Source: an uncultured Clostridia bacterium
GTDB lineage: Bacteria > Bacillota > Clostridia > Christensenellales > UBA3700
Reading direction: 5' to 3'
Length of the DNA stretch: 64,000 nucleotides
Assembly: GCA_944380395.1 (NCBI GenBank)
Contig: CALWHM010000001.1
Span: 38,090 to 102,089 of the forward strand
The notes beneath the pieces are model-generated. The model ran no database searches. It was not told the DNA's origin and saw nothing but the letters and a program-made list of their open reading frames with translations. Every line of letters begins with the position of its first letter. Position 1 is the first letter of the stretch. This document shows, piece after piece, positions 55,006 to 62,870 of the stretch. The position numbers were made by a program, and so were the translations under genes.

Positions 55006-55698
55006 TTATCCTACCTGTTCACCCAGCCAATCGCAAAATTCATCAAAAGAATTGGTTTGAGTGTCGTATGTATATGCCGCGTCGCCCTGCCCGTTCAAAG
55101 CCACCTGTGTGCCGTCCTCTCCGACAAAATACATTACCGCGTCCTCAGAGTAAGCGGAAGGCTCTTCAGTGGCAGCGGCTTCGTTGCCGCTTATCACCAC
55201 ATTCACCAAAACGAGCGTTATCACCACCGCTATGATGGCGAAATACAGCGCTATGAGCACCTTTGCCTTGGTGTTGAGGCGCATAGCCCTCTTCTGCTTG
55301 CCTTCCTTCTTCATAGAGTAGGAATTGAAGTCGTAAGAAGATGTGTCGTATGCGGGCGCCGCCTGCATAGGCGCTTCATAGTTATATCTATTGTCATAAG
55401 AGGCGCGATATGCCTCGCGCTCTGCGGTTTCGGGCGCATAGCCGGCATTATCGTATGCGTTGTATGCGGAGTTATTGTATCCGCCGTAACCGTTATAGCC
55501 GCCGTTGTCGTAATATCCGTCGCCGCGCGTATAGTCGGGAGCGGACTGCCTTTGGGGCTGATAATAGCCGAAGTCGCGCGTATAGTCGGGAGCGGGCTGA
55601 CGAACGCTTTCACGGCGGTTTTCATACTGCCCTGCGTCATAGCCGAAATAATCGCTGCGGGTGGCTGTGCTGTTCTGTCTTTCCATGGTATCGTTCAT
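55006..55698 (-). CDS. Single-pass membrane protein with a Tyr/Gly/Asn-rich low-complexity N-terminus, in the ftsL position
   Basis: 230 aa. It has the repeat APDYTRDFGYY / APDYTRGDGYY and the stretch NGGYNGYGGYNNSAYNAYDNAGY. The TM helix is VLIALYFAIIAVVITLVLVNVVI, followed by a short acidic ectodomain. I saw no leucine-zipper-like segment. Confidence 0.6.
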   Translation of the reverse strand: MNDTMERQNSTATRSDYFGYDAGQYENRRESVRQPAPDYTRDFGYYQPQRQSAPDYTRGDGYYDNGGYNGYGGYNNSAYNAYDNAGYAPETAEREAYRASYDNRYNYEAPMQAAPAYDTSSYDFNSYSMKKEGKQKRAMRLNTKAKVLIALYFAIIAVVITLVLVNVVISGNEAAATEEPSAYSEDAVMYFVGEDGTQVALNGQGDAAYTYDTQTNSFDEFCDWLGEQVG

Positions 55699-55712
55699 AC
55701 TGCCTTATCTCC

Positions 55713-56645
55713 TTATAGTTTTTCGGCTATCCTAAGCTTTGCGCTTGCCGATCTTTTGTTTTCTTCCAGCTCTTTCTCACTTGCCGTGAGCGGCTTTTTT
55801 GTTATTATTTTTATCTCTTTTACTTTGTCGCACGTGCATATCGGTTGGTGCGGAGGACAGACGCAGTCGCTTTGCAGATAGGCAAACGCCCTTTTCACTA
55901 TCCTGTCTTCCAGCGAGTGGAAGGTTATCACACATATCCTTCCGCCCGTCTTCAATCTGCGCGCCGCGGCTACCACCGCTTCGTACAGACCGTCAAGTTC
56001 ACCGTTGACTTCTATCCTTATCGCCTGAAAAGTGCGCTTGCACAAGGCGCGTCCTTTATATCTTTCCTTGGGCGGATAGCAGGCTATCACCGTTTCCGCC
56101 AACTCCGAAGTGGTCTTGTAGGGGTTTTGCACCCTGCGCCTTACTATTGCGGCGGCTATCTTTCTGGAAAGTCTTTCCTCCCCGTACTCGTATATCACGT
56201 CCGCAAGCTGCTTTTCGGAATACCCGTTCACCACGTCCGCGGCGGTGAAGGATTGCTCTTTGTCCATACGCATATCCAAAGGACCGTCAGCGTTGTAAGA
56301 CATTCCCCTCTCCGCGTTGTCCAGCTGATAGGAAGATACTCCCAAGTCCAGCAGTACGCCGTCCACTTTGTCAACGCCCAACTCGTCCAGCGTTGAGGTC
56401 AAAGTTTTGAAGTCTTTGTGAATGTACGTCACCTTGCCTTCGTATCCGGCAAGTTTTTGTTTTGCCGCCGCAAGCGCTTCTGCGTCCTTATCGAAGCCTA
56501 TCAGCCTTCCGTCGGTCAGTTTTTCAAGTATCATAGAGCTGTGCCCCGCTCCGCCCAAAGTGCCGTCTACATATACCCCGTCGGGTTTGATGTTCAGCCC
56601 TTCTATACTCTCGCACGCAAGCACGGGTTTATGGACGAATTGCAT
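55713..56645 (-). CDS. rsmH: 16S rRNA (cytosine1402-N4)-methyltransferase
   Basis: HKPVL...DGTLGGAGHS...LLDLGVSSYQLD. Confidence 0.95.
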   Translation of the reverse strand: MQFVHKPVLACESIEGLNIKPDGVYVDGTLGGAGHSSMILEKLTDGRLIGFDKDAEALAAAKQKLAGYEGKVTYIHKDFKTLTSTLDELGVDKVDGVLLDLGVSSYQLDNAERGMSYNADGPLDMRMDKEQSFTAADVVNGYSEKQLADVIYEYGEERLSRKIAAAIVRRRVQNPYKTTSELAETVIACYPPKERYKGRALCKRTFQAIRIEVNGELDGLYEAVVAAARRLKTGGRICVITFHSLEDRIVKRAFAYLQSDCVCPPHQPICTCDKVKEIKIITKKPLTASEKELEENKRSASAKLRIAEKL

Positions 56646-57094
56646 CAGAACACTATTCCTCCGTCTATCCCCTCGAACTTATCTTTGCCGTAGTAGTCAT
56701 AGTCAACGCCGGAGATGTTATCCTCAAAGCGCTGCGGATCCCAAAGCTCTATCTTGTTGCCCATACCCACAAAGATGACGTCCTTACCCAAAGCCGCCTT
56801 TTCTTTCAGGTCGGCGGGAAGCGTGAATCTGCCCTGGCTGTCCTCCGTGATGGGAGCGGTGTTGCTCATTATCACACGGGAAGCGCGAATGGCGGGAGTT
56901 TCGGCAAGAGTCACCATGGACCTGAAGCTGTTCATTAAGGACTCGTGCTCTTCGTTCGTTATAAAGGAGATGCAGCCGCCGGCAGAATACATTGCATAAA
57001 TCTGCGTGGTGACCATGGCTTCACGGAAGCGCTGAGGGATCCTCAGTCTGCCCTTGTCGTCAACGTGCAGTGCGTACTTACCGGTGAACCACAT
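56645..57094 (-). CDS. mraZ: Transcriptional regulator MraZ
   Basis: MWFTGKYALHVDDKGRLRIP, plus a second SpoVT/AbrB-like repeat (DSQGRFTLP). AGGAGG lies 7 nt upstream of the ATG at 57094. Confidence 0.93.
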   Translation of the reverse strand: MWFTGKYALHVDDKGRLRIPQRFREAMVTTQIYAMYSAGGCISFITNEEHESLMNSFRSMVTLAETPAIRASRVIMSNTAPITEDSQGRFTLPADLKEKAALGKDVIFVGMGNKIELWDPQRFEDNISGVDYDYYGKDKFEGIDGGIVF

Positions 57095-57123
57095 AAACTG
57101 ACCTCCTTTTTGTTTGTACTTCA

Positions 57124-57152
57124 ATTATAGAACGGCGGAATTTGTTTGTCAA
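57124..57152 (-). promoter_or_regulatory. Consensus sigma-A promoter of the dcw operon (PmraZ)
   Basis: Minus strand TTGACA, a 17-nt spacer, then TATAAT, about 30 nt upstream of the mraZ ATG. Confidence 0.7.
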
Positions 57153-57157
57153 TAGAA

Positions 57158-57175
57158 TTTTCCAATTTTTTCCAC
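57158..57175 (-). promoter_or_regulatory. Candidate MraZ boxes abutting the -35
   Basis: Minus strand GTGGAAAAAA-TTGGAAAATT, two direct repeats with a 10-bp phase. This matches the GTGG/TGGG-type phased repeats described for MraZ operators. Confidence 0.4.
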
Positions 57176-57284
57176 TAAAAATGAATATTTTTTCATCGAT
57201 GAAAATTCGTATCCCATATTTTGTGTAACACATATGTTCGTATACAATTTTTCAACAAAATTACCAAAAAATCGCGGGTGTTTG

Positions 57285-57335
57285 CGGTGGAAATTGCCGG
57301 GGAAATTAATCCCTATTTTTTTGGAAATTTTCCAC
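57285..57335. promoter_or_regulatory. Distal cluster of the same (G/T)GGAAATT motif
   Basis: Plus strand has GTGGAAATT (57287), GGGGAAATT (57299) and TTGGAAATTTTCCAC (57321, a near-palindrome). Confidence 0.3.
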
Positions 57336-57767
57336 TTTTTCTCCAAAACGTAAGCTTCTTTTTGGGGAAAAGTCGGGTTTTTAGAAGATTATTTTCTTAA
57401 ATCTTTCCCCTGCCCGCCTTCATCGAAAACGGGGCGAACGGCGCTTTACAGCCCCTTTCCCGACAAGGAAATTTACGCTTTTGCAGGCGCGTTTTTTAAC
57501 TTTCAAACATATGTTCTAAACTTGTCGGCGATATAGAGCTGCTTGCATATTTATTCACTTATATATCGCTTTTATACTTACAAATTAAAGTAAAACGAGC
57601 GCATATTTTTTTCGCTTTTTATAATTATATTATATATGCAGCTCTTCAAAAACATCGTATACGGCGCGCATATAATACATTGCGATCGATAAGTAAACAG
57701 CCGCCTCGCCCGCGAATATAGATTTAATTGTCTGCGCCGAACGTAAAGCTCTCGCTCTTACGCCGAA

Positions 57768-57799
57768 CGCGATCGTTTCCGAACTCGATCGTTCCCGAA
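57768..57799. repeat. Two tandem 16-bp units
   Basis: CGCGATCGTTTCCGAA / CTCGATCGTTCCCGAA (14 of 16 identical). They are preceded by GCCGAACG copies at 57736 and 57762, which flank an imperfect hairpin. Confidence 0.7.
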
Positions 57800-57884
57800 T
57801 GCGAGCACCTTGACGGCAGTGCTTCTTTACCTGACCGCGGCGGAAAGTCGGGGGGAACTACTCCGCCCTGCCGATGGATATACG

Positions 57885-58650
57885 GAGCGCAGATATGCGC
57901 ACGCACGAGTATATGCGCGTGTATCGGATAATTATGGACAAAACGAAGGCCCCGACTCATTACGCCGCTACAATCGCGCGCGCGGAATGTACTTATAGAT
58001 AATAATGTAAATAAGAATACAAGCCCGCGCGAATTACATATACGCACCTGCGCGCGCATAAGTAAATATTGTAACGCACCCGCGCGTGAACTTGAAATTA
58101 TTATGCGCACGCGCACGAAGTTGGTATTAAATTACGCATACGCGCGTATATGGATAAAATATTTGCGTGCGCATATATGGACAAATAATAAGCGCGCGCA
58201 GAAGTGATATTATTTTTAAGCGCGTGCAATAATGATACTGTTTTTGGGCGTGTGCGATAATGACATTATTTTTGGGCGTGTGCGATAGCGATATTGATTT
58301 TGTGTGAGCGCTTTGATTATTTTATTTTGCGCGTTCACTAAATGATATTAGTTTTGAGTGCGCACGTATGTTATTTATTTTTTGCGCGCAGATATATCGG
58401 AAAATCATTATTGCGCCCGCAATCTGTGATAAAAATATTGCCCTCCCGCGCAGTTTATTATATTGGCGCGTGCGAAAATGTGCATTTTATTACTCGCCCC
58501 CGCGCAAATGCTGTTATAATGCCGCGCACACAAAAAACATATTTAAGTATGCGCACATATAAACGGTATTATTTTTGAGTGCGTGTAAGAGCATATTATA
58601 TTGCCCGCCCCTGCGGGCAGTATTATAACGATATGCGCGCAAAAGACGTA
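57885..58650. repeat. Degenerate phased tandem array (unit about 28 bp) of GC-only palindromic cores in AT-rich DNA
   Basis: Between 58192 and 58641 there are 17 cores with a mean step of about 27.7 bp. Further copies at roughly 30-bp steps extend back to 57887. The best units (58219-58302) read GGCGTGTGCGATAATGAYATTATTTTTG. No reading frame is open. Confidence 0.8.
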
Positions 58651-58678
58651 TTTGAATAAAGTTGAAGATTATTTCAAA

Positions 58679-59377
58679 CTAATCGGAAAGTTCGGCTATC
58701 TGAATGAGCGAGTTATCGATAAGATCGCACGATGTGAGATAGTAAGGTATGCAGTTCTTATAAACTACCCTATCCGCTCTGACATTTTTTCCGTGCAGAT
58801 GTCCGTAAACCACGGCGTTCACCTTGGCGTCGGCGAATAGTTGCGTAAACGCGCTGTCCTCATAGCGCACGTTGAACGGCGGATAATGACACATTCCCAC
58901 GACAAAGTCGCCTTCCTTACGCATAGAAGCCATTGCTTTCAATGAAAGTTCCAGGCGAATGCTTTCACGGGCAAGCAGTTTTTCGTCTTCTTCGCTTTGA
59001 CCGAACTGCCAAAGGCGGCTTCCGCACACCAGCAGATTGCCGATGCGAATGCAATCGTTTTGAACGGCGAAGGCGGTGGGCGCAAGAGCTTCCCTCACCT
59101 TGGACAGCGCGCTCCACCAATAGTCGTGATTGCCGCGAATAAGCACTTTTCTTCCGGGAAGCGCACATACGCGCGAAATATCGGGGGCAGCCTGTTGCAG
59201 ATCGATGCCCCAAGAAAGGTCCCCTGCGAGCAAGACAACGTCACTTTCGCCGACTTTGGCGTTCCAATCGCGTTCTATCGCCTCCATATATCCCTGCCAG
59301 CTTTCGCCGAAGATATCCATAGGCTTGTCTTTTACTCCTCCGGAGAGATGAAGATCGCTTATCGCAAATATTTTCAT
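58679..59377 (-). CDS. Calcineurin-like metallophosphoesterase
   Basis: MKIFAISDLHL, AGDLSWG, GNHDYWW and GHLHG metal-ligand motifs. The ATG is at 59377. I rejected the TTG at 59416. Confidence 0.8.
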   Translation of the reverse strand: MKIFAISDLHLSGGVKDKPMDIFGESWQGYMEAIERDWNAKVGESDVVLLAGDLSWGIDLQQAAPDISRVCALPGRKVLIRGNHDYWWSALSKVREALAPTAFAVQNDCIRIGNLLVCGSRLWQFGQSEEDEKLLARESIRLELSLKAMASMRKEGDFVVGMCHYPPFNVRYEDSAFTQLFADAKVNAVVYGHLHGKNVRADRVVYKNCIPYYLTSCDLIDNSLIQIAELSD

Positions 59378-59383
59378 AATTTT

Positions 59384-59412
59384 ATTATACAGAATAAGCA
59401 AAATATCCGCAA
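59384..59412 (-). promoter_or_regulatory. Sigma-A promoter ending 6 nt before the phosphoesterase ATG
   Basis: Minus strand TTGCGG, a 17-nt spacer, TG-n-TATAAT, then AAAATT and ATG. No Shine-Dalgarno sequence is present. Confidence 0.5.
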
Positions 59413-59463
59413 GCAAAACCGCGGATAAAATTTCTTATATTTTTTTGTGAGTAAGTAATTGAC

Positions 59464-59481
59464 AGCCGCCCTAATAATGCA
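59464..59481. repeat. 18-bp direct repeat, copy 1
   Basis: AGCCGCCCTAATAATGCA, identical to 59621-59638. Confidence 0.9.
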
Positions 59482-59580
59482 TATTTTAAGCAATGTTATA
59501 CGGCAGAAAATATGGATTTTCCGCTTTATTAACAATTCCCCCGTTAAAAGCACTTGACAAATCCGGCGGAGAAAATGCGT

Positions 59581-59617
59581 AAAAAAATATTTTGCACGGC
59601 AGAATGCCGTGCAAAAC
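59581..59617 (-). terminator. Rho-independent terminator after the Cys-rich gene
   Basis: Minus strand UUUUGCACGGCA-UUC-UGCCGUGCAAAA followed by UAUUUUUUU. Confidence 0.75.
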
Positions 59618-59620
59618 GAT

Positions 59621-59638
59621 AGCCGCCCTAATAATGCA
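59621..59638. repeat. 18-bp direct repeat, copy 2
   Basis: AGCCGCCCTAATAATGCA, starting 9 nt after the stop of the 211-aa gene. Confidence 0.9.
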
Positions 59639-59646
59639 AAATTTTC

Positions 59647-60282
59647 TTATTGCGGATATAAAGGCAGCTCGAATACCCCCGCGCACTCCTGAGTGTTATA
59701 CTCCTGGCAAGGAGGTATGTAGCAGTAACCGTACGAAGGCACAAGCAGCTGTACGGGCATTATAACCTTCAATATGACCGTTATACACGCGGTGACGGTA
59801 AAGGTGTCCGTCGCATCGTCATAAGTTCCCACGCTTGACACCACGTTGCCGACCGCCTGAATGCTGTAAGGGATAAGCGACGGCTGCGGCGTGCACATCA
59901 CAACGTCTTTCACCACCGTTACGGAAGAAGTCGCCGTGCCCTGCTTTCCCGCCGCGTCCACAAAGGTCACTTGGACGGGAATTACCACATTGCATTGAAC
60001 GCGGGAACGCCCGGGCAAGTCGGGCAGATCGGTCACGACCACATCGGTTACGGAAGCGCCTGCGCCCTGCGAACGCGCGGATACGAAAGTATAGGGTTCG
60101 GTAAGACCGGAAGGAGTCACATTGGTGAGCGTAAGCTCTACGTTTTCCGTCTGCTGACGGCTCATACAAGCGTCAAATACCTTTTCCACCTGAATGCACG
60201 CCTTTTCACACAAGCCGCTCAGTCCGTTTCCCCTTATAACGCCGGGTATCTTATCCGATTTGCAATTATTACAGAATGACAT
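59647..60282 (-). CDS. Hypothetical Cys-rich, Val/Thr-rich (beta-type) protein; no family recognised
   Basis: 211 aa. GGAGG lies upstream, and the gene has its own terminator. The N-terminus reads CNNCKSDK...GLCEKACIQVEKVFDAC, and the C-terminus reads VPSYGYCYIPPCQEYNTQEC. There is no TM helix or signal peptide. Confidence 0.7.
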   Translation of the reverse strand: MSFCNNCKSDKIPGVIRGNGLSGLCEKACIQVEKVFDACMSRQQTENVELTLTNVTPSGLTEPYTFVSARSQGAGASVTDVVVTDLPDLPGRSRVQCNVVIPVQVTFVDAAGKQGTATSSVTVVKDVVMCTPQPSLIPYSIQAVGNVVSSVGTYDDATDTFTVTACITVILKVIMPVQLLVPSYGYCYIPPCQEYNTQECAGVFELPLYPQ

Positions 60283-60416
60283 TTCTTTTCCTCCTATTTC
60301 AGCCGACGCATAAAAGCAAAGCGGCTCTTTTCATTCATATATCTATGATTTTGAGGAAAATTTTGTGATAAAAAGCGGCGGTGACGGTTAAAAAATAAAG
60401 CTATAAGTCCGAAAAC

Positions 60417-60446
60417 AAATAAAAATACCGCCTTATCGGGCGGCGC
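60417..60446 (-). terminator. Rho-independent terminator after engB
   Basis: Minus strand CCGCC-CGAUAA-GGCGG followed by UAUUUUUAUUU. Confidence 0.65.
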
Positions 60447-60463
60447 ATTTGCACAAATGAAAA

Positions 60464-61057
60464 TTATTCGCTCAAATACTTTTCTATTGCAAGGCAGACT
60501 TCATCCTTGCCCTGCTTGTTCAAAGACGACGTTATGAGTATGTTATCCACACCCAGCTTCAAGGCGCTTGCTATGGCGCTCTTCTGTCTTCCCGCGGCGG
60601 CGCGTGAAAGTTTGTCCGCCTTGGTGAGTACCACGACAAACGGCACGATGTTTGCGCTGAGATAGTTTATCATCTGCTTATCAAGCGCGGAAGGCTCCCT
60701 TCTTATATCCATCAGCACAAGCACGAGTTTCAGTCGCGGAGAAGACGTGAGATATGTACCCATCAGGGCATCCCATCTGCGCTTTTCCTCTTCCGAAAGT
60801 TTTACTGCAAAGCCGTACCCCGGGAGATCCACAAGCATAAACTGCCCGTCGTTAATGGAAAAATAGTTGAGAAGTCTGGTCTTGCCGGGCGTGGAAGAAG
60901 TCTTTGCCAGCCCTTTTCTGCCCGTTAAATAATTGATGAACGAGGATTTTCCCACGTTGGATCTTCCCGCAACAGCCACTTCTGCCGACCCCATATCCTT
61001 TATGTTGTCGGCAGAAGCGATCGATGTTACGAATTTTGCGGTCTTGATGTCCATCAC
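60464..61057 (-). CDS. engB: Ribosome biogenesis GTPase YsxC/EngB
   Basis: [18 protein letters not shown] and TKADK motifs. It overlaps the clpX stop. Confidence 0.92.
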   Translation of the reverse strand: MMDIKTAKFVTSIASADNIKDMGSAEVAVAGRSNVGKSSFINYLTGRKGLAKTSSTPGKTRLLNYFSINDGQFMLVDLPGYGFAVKLSEEEKRRWDALMGTYLTSSPRLKLVLVLMDIRREPSALDKQMINYLSANIVPFVVVLTKADKLSRAAAGRQKSAIASALKLGVDNILITSSLNKQGKDEVCLAIEKYLSE

Positions 61058-62271
61058 GCGCTCTTGTACTCCACTTTGGGCGGCTGACTGCCCTCAATGC
61101 ATTCTTTGGTGATGGTAACGCGCGCTATATTGCGCTCGGGAGCTTCGTACATAAGGTCCGTCATCACGCTTTCGACTATGGATTTAAGACCTCTGGCGCC
61201 CGTGTGCAATTTGATAGCCTTGTCCGCAACGGCATACAGCGCGTCCTTATCGAATTCCAGCTCCACGCCGTCATAGCCGAGCAATTTGCGATATTGCTTT
61301 ACAAGGGCGTTCTTCGGCTCCGTCATTATGCGCACAAGGGCATCCTCGTCCAAAGCGTTCAAGCCCACGATAATGGGCACGCGCCCGACAAATTCGGGAA
61401 TAAGTCCGTATTTGATGAGGTCGTCCGGCTGAATATCCTTTATTATATCGCCGAAGTTGTGCTCATAAGGGCGATGCACGTTTGCGCCGAAGCCCAGCCC
61501 GGAGCTGTCCTTACGCTTGTCAACTATCTTGTCAAGCCCGACGAACGCGCCGCCGCAGATGAACAAGATGTTGGTCGTGTCGATATTTATGCAGTCCTGC
61601 TGAGGGTGCTTTCTGCCGCCCTGGGGAGGCACGCTGGCAACGGTGCTCTCTATTATTTTGAGCAGCGCCTGCTGCACGCCTTCACCCGAAACGTCACGCG
61701 TTATCGACATATTCTCACTTTTTCTTGCAATCTTATCTATCTCGTCAATATAGACGATGCCCAGCTGCGCCTTTTCCACATCGTAATTTGCGGCTTGAAT
61801 GAGTTTGAGCAGAATGTTCTCCACGTCATCGCCCACATAGCCCGCTTCCGTAAGAGTGGTGGCGTCCGCCACGGCGAACGGTACGTTGAGGATCTTGGCG
61901 AGCGTTTTGGCGAGCAGCGTCTTTCCGCTGCCTGTGGGTCCCATCATCAGCACATTGGATTTTTCCAGCTCCACATCGTCGTCGCCGATGGAGTTGATGC
62001 GCTTATAATGGTTGTAAACAGCCACGGACAGCATCTTTTTAGCCGATTCCTGCCCCACGATATACTCGTCCAATTTGGCTTTTATCTCCTGCGGAGTGAG
62101 TAATTTGAACTTGGGGGCGACGTTTAACTCGCGGTCGCGCTCCTTGATCAGCTCGTTGCACACATCCACGCAAGATTTGCAGATATACGTGCCGTTACTG
62201 CCGAAAAGCGTGCCGACTTCGCTCTCCTTCCTTCCGCAGAAAGAACACCTTAATTCCTTCTTTTCGTCCAC
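61054..62271 (-). CDS. clpX: ATP-dependent Clp protease ATP-binding subunit ClpX
   Basis: Zinc ribbon CSFCGRKE...[12 protein letters not shown], and IVYIDEIDK. Confidence 0.97.
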   Translation of the reverse strand: MDEKKELRCSFCGRKESEVGTLFGSNGTYICKSCVDVCNELIKERDRELNVAPKFKLLTPQEIKAKLDEYIVGQESAKKMLSVAVYNHYKRINSIGDDDVELEKSNVLMMGPTGSGKTLLAKTLAKILNVPFAVADATTLTEAGYVGDDVENILLKLIQAANYDVEKAQLGIVYIDEIDKIARKSENMSITRDVSGEGVQQALLKIIESTVASVPPQGGRKHPQQDCINIDTTNILFICGGAFVGLDKIVDKRKDSSGLGFGANVHRPYEHNFGDIIKDIQPDDLIKYGLIPEFVGRVPIIVGLNALDEDALVRIMTEPKNALVKQYRKLLGYDGVELEFDKDALYAVADKAIKLHTGARGLKSIVESVMTDLMYEAPERNIARVTITKECIEGSQPPKVEYKSA

Positions 62272-62273
62272 TA

Positions 62274-62870
62274 TTAACCTCTGTTATAATATATTTTGTC
62301 TATCAAGCCGTACTTCAACGCCTCTTCCGCGGTCATAAAGTTATCCCTGTCCGTGTCCTGATAGACCTTGTCGTAATCCTGACCCGTGTTTTGCGCCAGG
62401 ATCTTGGTCAGGCGCTCCTTAACGTCCTGCAAAAGCTTTGCCCTGATCATAACGTCCGTAGCCTGACCGCTTGCGCCGCCCAAAGGCTGATGGATCATTA
62501 TCTCACTGTTGGGAAGCGAAAAACGCTTGCCCTTGGTGCCGCTGGAAAGCAGGAATGCGCCCATAGAAGCCGCCATACCTATGCATATGGTGCATACGTC
62601 GCACTTGATGTAATTCATCGTATCATAGATAGCCATGCCCGCCGTCACGCTGCCGCCGGGGCTGTTGATATACAGACTGATGTCCTTGGTCGCATCCTTG
62701 GCTTCAAGGAAAATGAGCTGCGCCACTATGCTGTTTGCCATTTCGTCCGTGACTTCACCCGAAAGAAATATTATTCTGTCTTCAAGCAGTCTGGAATAGA
62801 TGTCGTAAGCGCGCTCTCCGCGGTCGGACTTGTCTATAACGGTAGGTATCAAATAATTCTTTGTCTTCAT
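62274..62870 (-). CDS. clpP: ATP-dependent Clp protease proteolytic subunit
   Basis: [26 protein letters not shown] and IMIHQP motifs (Ser-His-Asp triad context). Confidence 0.97.
   Translation of the reverse strand: MKTKNYLIPTVIDKSDRGERAYDIYSRLLEDRIIFLSGEVTDEMANSIVAQLIFLEAKDATKDISLYINSPGGSVTAGMAIYDTMNYIKCDVCTICIGMAASMGAFLLSSGTKGKRFSLPNSEIMIHQPLGGASGQATDVMIRAKLLQDVKERLTKILAQNTGQDYDKVYQDTDRDNFMTAEEALKYGLIDKIYYNRG

Noticed and set aside
57149-57346. A 65-aa minus-strand ORF upstream of mraZ.
   Set aside because: It coincides exactly with the promoter and operator region (the -35 hexamer and the GGAAA repeats). It is Lys/Phe-rich as expected from A/T-rich regulatory DNA, and it has no SD.
57870-58190. 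DnaA-box-like sequences suggesting an origin: TATGGATAA at 58149 and TATGGACAA at 57933 and 58176.
   Set aside because: Only one site is within one mismatch of TGTGGATAA, and the others have two or more mismatches. There is no dnaA/dnaN context. The sites are simply part of the repeat-unit consensus in that half of the array.
57724-58578. ORFs inside the gap: 57724..58116 (130 aa, minus strand), 57728..57931, 57810..57998, 58342..58578 and 58368..58562.
   Set aside because: They run through the repeat array, so their sequence is dictated by the repeats (Arg/Ala/Cys/His/Tyr-rich). They have no SD and no recognisable domain, and they overlap one another in different frames.
57885-58650. Reading the repeat array as a CRISPR locus.
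   Set aside because: The units are contiguous with a period of about 28 bp. Only about 10 nt in each unit form a conserved core, and there are no unique spacers of 25-40 bp between longer identical repeats. There are no cas genes in the window.
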